Source: Povalibacter sp. (GTDB lineage Bacteria > Pseudomonadota > Gammaproteobacteria > Steroidobacterales > Steroidobacteraceae). From it: a DNA stretch of 57,812 bases. The number at the start of each line of letters is the position of its first letter. Within the stretch, counting starts at the first letter, position 1. Location of the stretch: contig JBJMWN010000346.1 in assembly GCA_045810085.1 (NCBI GenBank), forward strand, positions 1 to 57,812. The letters run 5' to 3'. A model generated the notes under the pieces. It saw only the letters and a program-made list of their open reading frames with translations. It was not told where the DNA came from and made no database searches. Shown here one piece after another: positions 19,153 through 29,655 of this stretch. Position numbers and translations under genes: made by a program.

Positions 19153-21507
19153 ATGCCCCTGCCCAATTACGAAAAGCTCGGCTCGTTCTATCTCGGCCGT
19201 GAAGTCGACGCAGCAACCGGAGCTGATAAGCCCGAGCTGGTGCTCTATGACTCACGCGACCTGACGACTCATGCCGTGTGCGTGGGCATGACCGGCAGCG
19301 GCAAAACCGGGCTGTGTCTGTCATTGCTCGAAGAGGCAGCCATCGACGGCGTCCCTGCGATCGCGATCGATCCCAAAGGTGACATCGGCAATCTGTTGCT
19401 GACCTTTCCGGAATTGCGTGCTGAAGACTTCGCACCCTGGGTGGATGGCGGAGATGCGTCGCGCAAAGGAATGACAAACGAGGCCTATGCGCAGGCCACG
19501 GCGGACAACTGGCGCAAGGGACTGGCTGACTGGGATCAGGATGGCGAGCGCATTCGACGCTTGCGAGGCGCCGCGGATTTCGCCATCTACACACCGGGAA
19601 GCACTTCAGGTCGACCGCTCTCGGTGCTCCGCTCATTCGCAGCGCCGCCGGTGGAATTACGCAGCGACCCGTCGAGCTTGCGCGAGCGTATCGGCGCGAC
19701 CGTTTCAGGATTGCTCAGTCTGGTCGGTGTCGAGGCGGATCCCATCAAGAGCCGCGAACACATTCTGCTATCGACCTTGCTCGAGCAAGCGTGGACGCAG
19801 GGCCGCGACCTGGATCTGAAATCGCTGATTCAGGGAATTCAGAAACCGGGCATCGACCAGATCGGCGTGATGGATCTGGAAACTTTTTATCCCGCCAAAG
19901 AGCGTCTGCAGCTTGCGATGTCATTGAACAATCTGCTCGCATCTCCCGGGTTCAGCGCCTGGATGCAAGGCGAGCCGCTCGATGTTCAACGACTGCTGTT
20001 CACTGAAAGCGGCAAGCCACGCGTTGCGATCATCTCGATCGCGCATCTCAACGATTCTGAGCGGATGTTCGTGGTCACGCTGGTGCTGGGGGAGATCGTC
20101 GCGTGGATGCGTCGGCAGTCCGGCACCTCGAGCTTGCGCGCTCTGTTCTACATGGACGAAATCTTCGGCTACTTTCCGCCGAGTGCGATGCCGCCATCGA
20201 AACCGCCGTTACTTACAATAATGAAGCAGGGTCGCGCATTTGGTCTGGGCGTCGTACTCGCGACTCAGAATCCAGTGGACCTCGACTACAAAGGACTTTC
20301 GAACGCGGGTACGTGGTTCATCGGTCGTCTGCAAACCGAACGCGACAAGGCGCGTGTCGTCGAAGGACTCATCGCGGCGGGATCAGGCATCGAGAAATCA
20401 CAATTCGATACGTTGCTCGCGAATCTGACGGCTCGAGTTTTTCTGATGCGTAATGCGCATGAAGACGCGCCGGTACTATTTCGCAGCCGCTGGGCGATGT
20501 CCTATCTGCGCGGGCCACTGACGCTGCCAGAGATTGCGCGTCTTTCGCCGAATGCAGCCGCTCTAGCATCGACAGCTCCTGTCTCGATGGCCAGCACGAT
20601 CACGTCGGCCACGAAGTCCTCGAAACCCGTCGTTCCCGCAAGCGTCGTCGAACTGTTCTGGAAAGGTGAGCACAACAGCTATGTGCCGCAACTGCTGGCT
20701 CTGGTACGCATGCATTTCGTGAACGCATCGGCCGGAGTCGATGTGTGGGAAACGCGTTCGTATGCGTTGCCGCTCACCAGCGACGCAGATCCCGACTGGG
20801 CTCGCGCAACGATCGGCGGTGACGTGAGAGCTTCACTCGATAAGTCGGGCAACGAAAGCGCCACCTATGCTCTGCTGCCTGCGTCCGCGACGCGTCCAGA
20901 GAGCTACAAGGCATGGTCGCGGCAACTCGAGTCATACGTTTACGCTTCGGCTGAACTTGAGCTGCTGAGTGCGCCTGTCGTCGGCGCCACTTCAGTACCG
21001 GGCGGCAGCGAAGCCGATTTCCGTGCACGCATTGCACTGGCGCTGCGCGAAAAACGTGATGCCGCCGTGGATGCATTGCGACGCAAGTACTCACCCAAGC
21101 TCATCGCGCTTCAGGATCAGATTCGTCGTGCCGAAGATCGCGTCAGCCGCGAACAGTCACAGTTGACGCAACGAAAAATGGAAACGGCCATCAACATCGG
21201 AACGTCGATTCTCGGTGCATTCCTGGGACGCAAGAAGATCAGCGTCACCAATGCGAGTCGAATCGGCACGGCCGCCAGAGGAGCGGGACGTCTGGGACGC
21301 GACAGCGAAGACGTCACTCGTGCGAACGAAGGACTCGATGTGCTGAAGCAGCGGCACGAAGAGCTTGAAGGCGAGTTCAATGCCGAGAGCGCGCGAGTGC
21401 AGGCGGAGTACGAGCCGGCAGCGGCTGTCATCGATCGTGTGTCGATCAAGCCACGTAAGTCAGATATCGAAGTGACACAGATCGCGTTGGTCTGGATGCC
21501 GGCCTGA
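19153..21507 (+). CDS. HerA/FtsK-superfamily (DUF87-like) ATPase with a C-terminal coiled coil
   Basis: Walker A GMTGSGKT, IDPKGD, Walker B FYMDE, KQGRAFG.G..LATQNP.D.DYK; ATG at 19153. Confidence 0.85.
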   Translation: MPLPNYEKLGSFYLGREVDAATGADKPELVLYDSRDLTTHAVCVGMTGSGKTGLCLSLLEEAAIDGVPAIAIDPKGDIGNLLLTFPELRAEDFAPWVDGGDASRKGMTNEAYAQATADNWRKGLADWDQDGERIRRLRGAADFAIYTPGSTSGRPLSVLRSFAAPPVELRSDPSSLRERIGATVSGLLSLVGVEADPIKSREHILLSTLLEQAWTQGRDLDLKSLIQGIQKPGIDQIGVMDLETFYPAKERLQLAMSLNNLLASPGFSAWMQGEPLDVQRLLFTESGKPRVAIISIAHLNDSERMFVVTLVLGEIVAWMRRQSGTSSLRALFYMDEIFGYFPPSAMPPSKPPLLTIMKQGRAFGLGVVLATQNPVDLDYKGLSNAGTWFIGRLQTERDKARVVEGLIAAGSGIEKSQFDTLLANLTARVFLMRNAHEDAPVLFRSRWAMSYLRGPLTLPEIARLSPNAAALASTAPVSMASTITSATKSSKPVVPASVVELFWKGEHNSYVPQLLALVRMHFVNASAGVDVWETRSYALPLTSDADPDWARATIGGDVRASLDKSGNESATYALLPASATRPESYKAWSRQLESYVYASAELELLSAPVVGATSVPGGSEADFRARIALALREKRDAAVDALRRKYSPKLIALQDQIRRAEDRVSREQSQLTQRKMETAINIGTSILGAFLGRKKISVTNASRIGTAARGAGRLGRDSEDVTRANEGLDVLKQRHEELEGEFNAESARVQAEYEPAAAVIDRVSIKPRKSDIEVTQIALVWMPA

Positions 21508-21535
21508 AGCGCGGCTTTCTCTTCATACAAAAACA

Positions 21536-21562
21536 GAGGGCCGGACTTTCGTGCCGGCCCTC
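21536..21562 (-). terminator. Rho-independent terminator for the OmpA operon (possibly bidirectional)
   Basis: GAGGGCCGG-actttcgtg-CCGGCCCTC with an adjacent A-run that reads as a U-tract on the - strand. Confidence 0.7.
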
Positions 21563-21588
21563 GTCGTGAACTCAAGTCAAGATCTGGA

Positions 21589-22398
21589 TCAGTCGGTCGC
21601 AACGGTTTGTTTGCTCGGGTCTTCGGTGAAGATCAATTCGACGCGACGATTCTGCTGACGACCTGCTGCGTTGTCATTGCTCGCCACCGGCGTGCTTTCA
21701 CCTTTGCCCAGCGCGACGATCTGGTTCGCCTGCACGCCCCGTTGCATCAGTGCTGACTGCACCGACTGTGCACGATTCTCCGAAAGTCTCTGGTTCAGTT
21801 CATCGGAACCCACACTGTCGGTGTGACCTTCGATCGTCACTTTGCGGGCGGGATCTTCCTTCAGCGCATTCGCCAGACGATCGATTGTTGCGTAAGCACC
21901 CGGCTTCAGTGTCGCTTGACCGGTGTCAAACAACACATCGCCCAAAGTGAGTACCAGTCCACGATCAGTCTTCTTGGCCTTCAGATCGGCCAATTCCTGT
22001 TCAAGGCTCGCCGCGCGATTGCGTGCCGCTTCGGCTTCGCGATTGCGGGCCTCGACGATTACACGCTGACGCTCGGCCTCGCCTTGCCTGATCTCATCAC
22101 GTGCCTGCGCTTCGAGAATCTTCTCGTTCGCGATCTGCGCATTGGTCGTGGCGATCACCGAGTGATAGCGAATGTCATCCACTTTGCCGCCCTTCTCTGC
22201 GAGCTTGTTCGCCTCCTCCAGAGACTTGCGTGCAGTCGAAACATTCTCGGCAGCGACGCCGGCGCGTGGTGACGATTCGACCTGCGGCACTATTGCACGA
22301 GCCGTTTCGAGCTCATCGATCGTTTTAGGGGTGGAGCTGCAGGCAGACAATGCTGCCGCGACTGCCACACTGGCCAGTAAATTCGAGATCCGCTTCAT
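21589..22398 (-). CDS. DUF4398/OmpA-family lipoprotein
   Basis: Lipobox LSAC, helical N-region, TDRGLVLTLGDVLFD, IEGHTDS, NRRVE. Confidence 0.92.
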   Translation of the reverse strand: MKRISNLLASVAVAAALSACSSTPKTIDELETARAIVPQVESSPRAGVAAENVSTARKSLEEANKLAEKGGKVDDIRYHSVIATTNAQIANEKILEAQARDEIRQGEAERQRVIVEARNREAEAARNRAASLEQELADLKAKKTDRGLVLTLGDVLFDTGQATLKPGAYATIDRLANALKEDPARKVTIEGHTDSVGSDELNQRLSENRAQSVQSALMQRGVQANQIVALGKGESTPVASNDNAAGRQQNRRVELIFTEDPSKQTVATD

Positions 22399-22425
22399 AG
22401 TGAAGTCCTCTTGGATGATCGTGAC

Positions 22426-22803
22426 TCAGCGAGTCGTCGAGCGTTCGGTTTCTTGCCGAAGGGTTTGAATGCTCGCAAGCAGCTCGTCTGCAGCACGGCG
22501 AGCTTGCGCGTTCTGCACCTTCGCCGTCGCAAGCTGCGCCTCCAGCTCTGCCTGTACGGCAAGCCGCTGCGCACGGGTTTCGTTCTTTGCCTGCAGCTGC
22601 TTTTGCGCTTCAGCGTAGGTGTCGCGAGCCTTTTGCAGCTCGACGGCTCCCGCTTCTGAATTGCCCACAGACGCCTCAGCCTGCTTGACGGCAGTCTCGC
22701 TGCGAGCGACTTGTTGTCTGGTCAAATCCGAGACACCGCCGCAGGCGGTGAGCGTTGCAAGCGTGGCTACGCCAATCAGCAGTCCGCGCAGTGATGTGCT
22801 CAT
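22426..22803 (-). CDS. DUF4398-like helical lipoprotein
   Basis: LTAC lipobox, Ala-rich helices (ELQKAR, LAVQAELEAQLA); classic pairing with the OmpA gene. Confidence 0.85.
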   Translation of the reverse strand: MSTSLRGLLIGVATLATLTACGGVSDLTRQQVARSETAVKQAEASVGNSEAGAVELQKARDTYAEAQKQLQAKNETRAQRLAVQAELEAQLATAKVQNAQARRAADELLASIQTLRQETERSTTR

Positions 22804-22856
22804 GTGTTTCCTCTCCGTGATTGCGGGTTTCTCCCGCGTTCGGTTGTGCGCGGAGT

Positions 22857-22882
22857 AACGCGTGCTATGCGAGTGGGGTTCC
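22857..22882 (-). promoter_or_regulatory. ECF-sigma promoter GGAACC-N16-CGTT
   Basis: - strand GGAACC-ccactcgcatagcacg-CGTT, about 55 nt upstream of the DUF4398 ATG. Confidence 0.65.
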
Positions 22883-23016
22883 GCTGACGAAGCACGGCAT
22901 CGGATATCGTTACCAACAGTTCGCCAAACGCGATATTCGATTCATTTCGCGGTTGGGGTTGATCTTCGTCGGCGGAGTTCGGACACTGAACCCTTCCCGG
23001 ATTTTGGAAGTACCTC

Positions 23017-24282
23017 GTGTTAAAGCCCTGGTCTGCTTTGTTCATCCTGGCGGCCGCTGTACAGCTGACGAGCTGCAGCTCCCGAGTCACTGAGCCCTCG
23101 GTCGGTCAGTACCGAGCCGTGCTTGAATTGCCGGGAGGTGAAGCACCTTTCGGGCTCGAAGTGGCACGCGAGGGCACGGGGTTCGTTCTGTATCTGCAGA
23201 ATGGCAACGAGCGCACGCGAGTCCCCGAAGTCACCGTCGAGAAGGGCGAGCTCCGCGCGAAGTTTCCCGGCTACGAGAATTCGCTGCGAGCCACCCTTCA
23301 GCGCAAACGGATCGAGGGTGCGGTGACACTCATCAAGGCAGGTGGCGTCGAACAAGTGATTCCACTCAAAGCCACTCTGGATGAGAACTATCGTTTTTAC
23401 CCAAAGCCCAGCTCGGATAACGCGGATGTGGCAGGACGATGGGCAGTGACTTTCACCGACAACGAAGGTGAAACCAGCAAGGCCGTTGCCGTTCTGGAAC
23501 AACAGCATGACCGAGTGACCGGAACCGTGATGACGCCCACGGGTGATCATCGTTTCCTCGATGGTCAGGTGCGCGGCGATGAGGTGCAGTTGTCGACGTT
23601 CGGGGGCGGCCTCGCGTATCTGTACAAGCTGAAGGTCGTGAACGGTGAATTACAGGGTGAGTACTGGCAGGGCCTGAAGGGTCACGAGAAAGTGGCGGCG
23701 CAGAGAAACCCTAACGCGGAACTCGTAGAGATTGAGACCACACTCAAGTCACCTGAACAGCCGCTTGCCTTCACCTTCAACGACGTGGATGGCCATCCGG
23801 TATCGCTCAGCGACGAGCGTTTCCGTGGCAAGGTCGTTGTCGTCACGCTCGGCGGCACCTGGTGTCCGAACTGTCATGACGAAGCCGCTTTCCTGGTTCC
23901 CTTCTACAAGGAATATCGGGAGAAGGGATTCGAGATCATCGCGTTGATGTTCGAGCGTCACGGTGAGTTCGACAAGGCCGCCGCTGCCGTGCGCGGTTAT
24001 CAGCACGATCTCGCCATCGAGTTTCCCGTGTTGATCGCCGGCGTCGCGGATGACGAAGATCCTGAGCGCAAGCTGCCGGGCCTGAGTGGCGTGTATGGCT
24101 ACCCGACCGCCATTTTTCTCGATAAACGGGGTCAGATCCGCAAGGTCCACACCGGATTCACGGGTCCTGCGACAGGCAAGCATTACGAAGAATACACAGT
24201 CGAGTTCAAGTCGCTCGTCGATGAGCTACTCCAAGAGCCGGCCGATCGTGCATCGACCGCGAACGCTGCGGGGCACTCATGA
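23017..24282 (+). CDS. TlpA-family thiol-disulfide reductase lipoprotein with an N-terminal beta domain
   Basis: LTSC lipobox, WCPNC, YPTAIFLDK.G. Confidence 0.9.
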   Translation: MLKPWSALFILAAAVQLTSCSSRVTEPSVGQYRAVLELPGGEAPFGLEVAREGTGFVLYLQNGNERTRVPEVTVEKGELRAKFPGYENSLRATLQRKRIEGAVTLIKAGGVEQVIPLKATLDENYRFYPKPSSDNADVAGRWAVTFTDNEGETSKAVAVLEQQHDRVTGTVMTPTGDHRFLDGQVRGDEVQLSTFGGGLAYLYKLKVVNGELQGEYWQGLKGHEKVAAQRNPNAELVEIETTLKSPEQPLAFTFNDVDGHPVSLSDERFRGKVVVVTLGGTWCPNCHDEAAFLVPFYKEYREKGFEIIALMFERHGEFDKAAAAVRGYQHDLAIEFPVLIAGVADDEDPERKLPGLSGVYGYPTAIFLDKRGQIRKVHTGFTGPATGKHYEEYTVEFKSLVDELLQEPADRASTANAAGHS

Positions 24283-25307
24283 TTCGCGTTGGCTTGATCG
24301 GGTTTGGCCTGGCGGGGCGCTACTTCCATGCGCCCTTGATCACCGCTGCGGGCATGGACCTCTGCGCCGTCGTGACGAGCCGAACGCAGGAAGTTCGAGA
24401 CGCATTTCCCAATGTGTCGGTGGTGGATGGTGTGAAAGATTTCCTGATGCGTCATGACATCGATCTGATCGTCGTCGCATCGCCCAGCCAGTTTCATTTT
24501 GAGCACGCGCGTGAAGCATTGAGTGCGGGCAAGCATGTGGTGATCGATAAGCCACTGAGCACCAGCCCGACAGAAGCCAACGCACTGATCGAACTTGCGG
24601 AGCAGAAGCGACGCAAGCTGTCGGTTTTTCAAAATCGTCGCTGGGACGGCGACTTTCTCACCATCCGTCAGCTGCTCGAAGAACAGCGACTGGGAAAGAT
24701 CGCTTATTTCCGTGCGCGCTGGGATCGCTTTCGTCCGGAGATTGCGGATCGCTGGCGTGAACGCGCTCAACCCGGCAGTGGCATGTTGTTCGATTTGGGG
24801 TCACATCTAATCGATCAGGCGCTGGTGCTTTTTGGATGGCCCGATTGGGTCCAGGCGGACGTGTTCGGACAACGCGAAGGATCGATGACCGACGACGGGT
24901 TCGAGATTCTTATGGGGAAAGGATCGATGCGCATCAGCCTCGGCGTGAGCTCACTCGCTGCGGCAGGCGATTGGCGGTACTGCATTCATGGCACGCGCGG
25001 ATCGTTCTTCAAAGCTGGCCTGGACCCGCAGGAGGATCAAGCACGCGCGGGATTGTCGGCTCGGGATGAACGCTTCGGTGTGGAAGCCGAGGAACGCTTC
25101 GGCAAGTTGATCAACGGCGTCAACAATGATGTCCAGATCATTCCGACCGAGCGGGGAAGCTGGCTCACCTACTACGAGCGTATGAAGCAGGCGATTGAAG
25201 AGGATGCGGCGGTGCCTGTGTTAGCCGAGGAGGCCCGCACTGTGCTCCAGGTCATCGAAGCAGCACGTCGCAGCAGCAGCGAAGGCCGGCGAATTTTGTT
25301 GACGTAG
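24279..25307 (+). CDS. Gfo/Idh/MocA oxidoreductase (YdgJ-like)
   Basis: GFGLAG..FHAP, GKHVVIDKP, FQNRRWD.DF, DLGSHLIDQ. Confidence 0.92.
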   Translation: MIRVGLIGFGLAGRYFHAPLITAAGMDLCAVVTSRTQEVRDAFPNVSVVDGVKDFLMRHDIDLIVVASPSQFHFEHAREALSAGKHVVIDKPLSTSPTEANALIELAEQKRRKLSVFQNRRWDGDFLTIRQLLEEQRLGKIAYFRARWDRFRPEIADRWRERAQPGSGMLFDLGSHLIDQALVLFGWPDWVQADVFGQREGSMTDDGFEILMGKGSMRISLGVSSLAAAGDWRYCIHGTRGSFFKAGLDPQEDQARAGLSARDERFGVEAEERFGKLINGVNNDVQIIPTERGSWLTYYERMKQAIEEDAAVPVLAEEARTVLQVIEAARRSSSEGRRILLT

Positions 25308-25384
25308 CTGAGCTTCACCCTTGACGCTTGCTCTAAGCACTCCAGATTCTATGCCTGCCCACCCCTGACTCGAAGATCAAAGCC

Positions 25385-25867
25385 ATGCCTTCATTCGATA
25401 TCGTCTCTGAACTCGACGCCCACGAAGTCGCCAATGCTGTTGATCAAGCCAATCGCGAAGTCGGAACGCGATTCGACTTCAAAGGCTCGAACGCAAAGTT
25501 CGAACTGAAAGATTTCGTGATCACGCTGACGGGCACAGCCGATTTTCAGCTCAAGCAGATGATGGACATTCTGCGGCTGAAACTGAGCAAGCGCGGGATC
25601 GACGTCATGTGCATGGAAGAAGCCGATCCGATCATTGCGGGCAACACGGCAAAGCAAACCGTGACGTTGCGCCACGGCATCGAGACCGAACTCGGCAAAA
25701 AGATCCAGCGCCTGATCAAAGACTCAAAAATGAAAGTGCAGGCGGCGATCCAGGACAAGCAAGTCCGCGTCACCGGCAAAAGCCGCGACGACCTGCAAGA
25801 CACCATGAAGCTCGTTCGCAACGGCAAACTGGATATGCCGGTGCAGTTCACAAACTTTAGGGACTGA
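25385..25867 (+). CDS. yajQ: YajQ nucleotide/c-di-GMP-binding protein
   Basis: MPSFDIVSE, RFDFKGS, VRVTGK.RDDLQ, QF.NFRD. Confidence 0.96.
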   Translation: MPSFDIVSELDAHEVANAVDQANREVGTRFDFKGSNAKFELKDFVITLTGTADFQLKQMMDILRLKLSKRGIDVMCMEEADPIIAGNTAKQTVTLRHGIETELGKKIQRLIKDSKMKVQAAIQDKQVRVTGKSRDDLQDTMKLVRNGKLDMPVQFTNFRD

Positions 25868-25873
25868 AAGACG

Positions 25874-25955
25874 GCCGCAAAAAGGCGCAAAACTCACATA
25901 GTCGAAGCAGGAGCACTTCTCGTACTTTTGCGTCCCTTTGTGCGCCTTTTGCGGC
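25874..25955. repeat. GCCGCAAAAAGGCGCAAA-type inverted-repeat element, copy 2
   Basis: GCCGCAAAAAGGCGCAAAA...TGTGCGCCTTTTGCGGC between the convergent yajQ and ahpF. Confidence 0.8.
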
Positions 25956-25963
25956 TCTCCGAA

Positions 25964-27544
25964 TTAGGCCGCGTTTGCCTGCGAGACCGGAGCTGAACTT
26001 CGGATCAGATGATCGAATGCGCTTAGCGCCGCTTTCGAACCTTCACCCATTGCGATGACGATCTGCTTGTAAGGCGTGGTGGTCGCATCGCCCGCAGCGA
26101 ACACACCCGGCAACGAGGTCTGGCCGCGCACGTCGACTTCGATCTCGCCACGTGGGCTGAGTGCCACGGTGCCCTTCAGCCAATCGGTGTTTGGCAGCAA
26201 TCCGATTTGAACGAAGACGCCCTCGAGTTCGAGACGATGTGACTCGCCGGTCGTGCGGTCGCGATAGCTCAAGCCGTTCACCTTGCCGCCTTCGCCATGC
26301 ACTTCGCTCGTTTGCGCTGAAACAATTACCCGCACGTTCGGCAGGCTGCGCAATTTTCGCTGGAGCACTTCGTCTGCGCGCAAGCGACTGTCGAACTCGA
26401 TCAGCGTCACATGACTGACGATGCCTGCGAGATCGATCGCGGCCTCAACGCCGGAATTCCCACCGCCGATGACTGCGACGCGTTTGCCTTTGAACAGCGG
26501 ACCATCACAGTGCGGGCAGTAAGCAACGCCACGACCGCGATATTCACGCTCACCCGGCACATTCATTTCACGCCATCGCGCTCCGGTGGCCACGATCACC
26601 GATCGGCTTCGCAAAGTCGCGCCACTCTCCAGGGCCACCGTGATGAGACCTTCATCGTCCGCGGGTGTAAGAGCGGTTGCACGCTGCAGATTCATGATGT
26701 CGACGTCATAAGTCTTCACATGATCTTCGAGTGCAGCGGCCATCTTCGGACCTTCAGTCTCCTTGACGGAGATGAAGTTCTCGATGCCGAGCGTATCCAA
26801 TACTTGTCCGCCGAAGCGTTCGGCCACGACACCCGTGTTCACACCTTTTCGTGCTGCATAGATCGCAGCTGCTGCGCCGGCAGGGCCGCCACCGACGATG
26901 AGCACATCGAAAGCATCTTTCGTCGCGATCTCTTCGGCCTGACGAGCGGCTGCACCGGTGTCGAGCTTGGCGAGGATTTCCTCGATGCTCATACGACCCT
27001 GACCGAAGGGTTGTCCATTCAAGTAGACAGTGGGAACAGCCATGATCTGACGCGATTCGACTTCCTGCTGGAAGAGCGCGCCATCGATCATCGTGTTGCT
27101 CACGGACGGATTCAGCACCGCCATGAGATTCAATGCCTGCACCACATCCGGACAGTTCTGGCAGCTCAGCGAAATGAACGTCTCGAAGCGCAGCTCGCCG
27201 TTCAAGGATCTGATCTGCTCGATCACGCTGGCATCGACCTTCGGCGGATAACCACCCGCCTGCAACAACGCAAGTACCAGCGAGGTGAACTCATGACCCA
27301 TGGGAATGCCAGCGAAACGGATCTTCACGTCGCCGCCTTTGCGCTGCACGGCAAACGAAGGCTTCCGCACGTCCTCTTCACGTTCCTCAAAAGAGAGCAG
27401 CGGTGACAACGTTACGATCTCGCTGAGCAGCTCGCGCATTTCGAGCGAGGCATCGCTTTCATCCAGCGCGGCCACGAGCTCGACCGGCTGTGTCAGCCGT
27501 TCGAGATAGGTCTGCAACTGTTGGCGAAGGTTCGCATCGAGCAT
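25964..27544 (-). CDS. ahpF: Alkyl hydroperoxide reductase subunit F
   Basis: [36 protein letters not shown]. Confidence 0.97.
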   Translation of the reverse strand: MLDANLRQQLQTYLERLTQPVELVAALDESDASLEMRELLSEIVTLSPLLSFEEREEDVRKPSFAVQRKGGDVKIRFAGIPMGHEFTSLVLALLQAGGYPPKVDASVIEQIRSLNGELRFETFISLSCQNCPDVVQALNLMAVLNPSVSNTMIDGALFQQEVESRQIMAVPTVYLNGQPFGQGRMSIEEILAKLDTGAAARQAEEIATKDAFDVLIVGGGPAGAAAAIYAARKGVNTGVVAERFGGQVLDTLGIENFISVKETEGPKMAAALEDHVKTYDVDIMNLQRATALTPADDEGLITVALESGATLRSRSVIVATGARWREMNVPGEREYRGRGVAYCPHCDGPLFKGKRVAVIGGGNSGVEAAIDLAGIVSHVTLIEFDSRLRADEVLQRKLRSLPNVRVIVSAQTSEVHGEGGKVNGLSYRDRTTGESHRLELEGVFVQIGLLPNTDWLKGTVALSPRGEIEVDVRGQTSLPGVFAAGDATTTPYKQIVIAMGEGSKAALSAFDHLIRSSAPVSQANAA

Positions 27545-27603
27545 GGGTTCACCTGAATTTCGTCAGCACGAAGCCGACTCGAATTGAAAATTTCTAACTG
27601 GAA

Positions 27604-27627
27604 GTCGGGGCGTGTGACCGCCCCGAC
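27604..27627. terminator. Stem-loop between ahpC and ahpF
   Basis: GTCGGGGCG-tgtgac-CGCCCCGAC. Confidence 0.55.
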
Positions 27628-27641
27628 AAGAGAGCCACTGC

Positions 27642-28208
27642 TTAGATCTTGCCGACGAGATCCAGAGAAGGCGCCAGAGTCTTCTGACCAGGCGTCCACT
27701 TGGCCGGGCAAACTTCACCCGGATGCGCAGCGACGTACTGAGCAGCCTGCACCTTTCGCAGCAATTCCTTGGCGTCGCGACCGATACCGAGATCGTTGAT
27801 CTCAGCGACCTTGATCACGCCTTCCGGATTCACCACGAACGTGCCACGCAGCGCGAGACCTTCCTCTTCGATCAGCACGCCAAAGTTGCGACTGATGACA
27901 TGGGTCGGATCGCCGAGCATCGGATACTGAATCTTCTTGATCGTTTCCGAAGCGTCGTGCCACGCCTTGTGAGTGAAATGCGTATCGGTGGACACGCTAT
28001 AAACTTCAACGCCGATCTTCTTGAACTCCTGATACAGATCCGCAACGTCACCGAGCTCGGTCGGGCAGACGAACGTAAAGTCAGCAGGATAGAAAAAGAA
28101 AATCGACCATTTGCCCTTGAGATCCGCATCCGACACGGGCACGAATTTGCCGTTGTGGTACGCGGTGGTCTTGAAAGGCTTGAGGGTCGTATTGATCACT
28201 GAACTCAT
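27642..28208 (-). CDS. ahpC: Peroxiredoxin AhpC
   Basis: [29 protein letters not shown]. Confidence 0.98.
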   Translation of the reverse strand: MSSVINTTLKPFKTTAYHNGKFVPVSDADLKGKWSIFFFYPADFTFVCPTELGDVADLYQEFKKIGVEVYSVSTDTHFTHKAWHDASETIKKIQYPMLGDPTHVISRNFGVLIEEEGLALRGTFVVNPEGVIKVAEINDLGIGRDAKELLRKVQAAQYVAAHPGEVCPAKWTPGQKTLAPSLDLVGKI

Positions 28209-28293
28209 CGAGGACTCCTGATAGTCGCTATGCCTGAAGACCTATTCTTCCGGCGATGTTGCGTACGGTACAGGCGTGGCCGCGAAAGGGCCA

Positions 28294-28330
28294 GTCGATG
28301 GTTTCGAGATGATCGATAGGCAGCCTCTAT
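28294..28330 (-). promoter_or_regulatory. OxyR binding site upstream of ahpC
   Basis: - strand ATAG-N7-CTAT-N7-CTCG-N7-CGAC (37 bp), overlapping the ndh stop codon. Confidence 0.7.
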
Positions 28331-29598
28331 TGAGGCGTGCGCTCCGGTGGGCCGTAGGATTGCCACTCTTTACCTACGATCAGACGTGCACCTCGCGTGA
28401 AGGTCATATACGACCATGCCCATTGAATGAGCACGATGATGCGATTGCGAAAGCCGCTCAACCTGTAAATGTGAACGAGTAACCAGACCCACCACGCGAA
28501 CCAGCCCGAGAGTTTCACGCCGAAAATTTCGCAAATGGCGCGGCTGCGGCCGATCGTCGCGAGCTTCCCCACATCGTGATAACGAAACGCGACGCGCGGT
28601 TTGCCTGCAAGGTCAGCGCGAATCATCTTCACCACGTGGATGCCTTCCTGCATGGCCACCAATGCCACACCCGGCAGTGGTTTACCGTCCGGCCCCGGGC
28701 GATGGGCGAGATCGCCCGCAACGAAGACTTCAGGATGACCTGGAATGCTCATGTCCTCACCCACGATGACTCGACCTGCGCTATCGAGCGGCGCGCCCAG
28801 AGTGCGTCCCACATCGGCGGCTCTCACTCCCGCTGCCCAGAGCACCGTCGATGAAGCGATCTGCTCGTCGCCGATCATCACACCTTGCGCTGTGATGTTC
28901 GTGACTCGCGATGACGTCCACACTTGAACGCCGAGCGACTCCAGATCTCTCATCGCACGCGAAGCGAGCTTCTGATCGAAACCCGCGAGAATTCGATCGC
29001 CTGCTTCGACCAGGATGATGCGTGTCTGCCGGGGATCGATGGTGCGGAAATCTTTCGCCAGCGTGTAACGACTCATTTCGCCGATTGCACCCGCCAGTTC
29101 AACGCCGGTCGGTCCACCGCCGACGACGACAAACGTGAGATGACGACGACGCACGTTCACATCAGTCTCACGTTCCGCCGCTTCAAATGCTTCGAGAACG
29201 CGCCGCCGAATTTCAGTTGCCTGAGGTAAGGTCTTCAGGCCCGGCGCATTGATTTCCCACTCTTCATGGCCGAAGTACGCATGCTGCGCACCGCACGCAA
29301 GGAGCAGGTAGTCGTAGGAGAATTCGCCCGCGGAGGTGATGACGACGCGGCGTTCGATGTCGATGCGTTGAGCTGAGGCCTGAATGACGCGGACATTGCT
29401 GCCTGAGAGCAGAGTCCGGATCGGGGCTGCGATATCGGCTGGACTCAGCGCTGCCATTGCGACCTGATACAGCAACGGCTGAAACAGATGATGATTCTCG
29501 CGATCGATGACGGTGATTTCGACATCACGTATGTGGCGCATTTTGCGAGCCGCATTCAGCCCTGCAAATCCCGCACCGACGATCACGAACTTCTTCAA
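28327..29598 (-). CDS. ndh: Type II NADH dehydrogenase
   Basis: GAGFAG, HLFQPLLYQVA, GGGPTGVELAG, WAAGV, ATIGR; TTG start after AAGGAG. Confidence 0.9.
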   Translation of the reverse strand: MKKFVIVGAGFAGLNAARKMRHIRDVEITVIDRENHHLFQPLLYQVAMAALSPADIAAPIRTLLSGSNVRVIQASAQRIDIERRVVITSAGEFSYDYLLLACGAQHAYFGHEEWEINAPGLKTLPQATEIRRRVLEAFEAAERETDVNVRRRHLTFVVVGGGPTGVELAGAIGEMSRYTLAKDFRTIDPRQTRIILVEAGDRILAGFDQKLASRAMRDLESLGVQVWTSSRVTNITAQGVMIGDEQIASSTVLWAAGVRAADVGRTLGAPLDSAGRVIVGEDMSIPGHPEVFVAGDLAHRPGPDGKPLPGVALVAMQEGIHVVKMIRADLAGKPRVAFRYHDVGKLATIGRSRAICEIFGVKLSGWFAWWVWLLVHIYRLSGFRNRIIVLIQWAWSYMTFTRGARLIVGKEWQSYGPPERTPQ

Positions 29599-29655
29599 GC
29601 GGCGCTCCTTCGAGTTATCTGTCCACACGCGAGAAATGTGGGGGCGAATCCGCGA

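Noticed and set aside
19153-21507. HerA-based antiphage system or conjugative coupling protein
   Set aside because: No partner nuclease, Sir2, relaxase or T4SS genes, and no island context.
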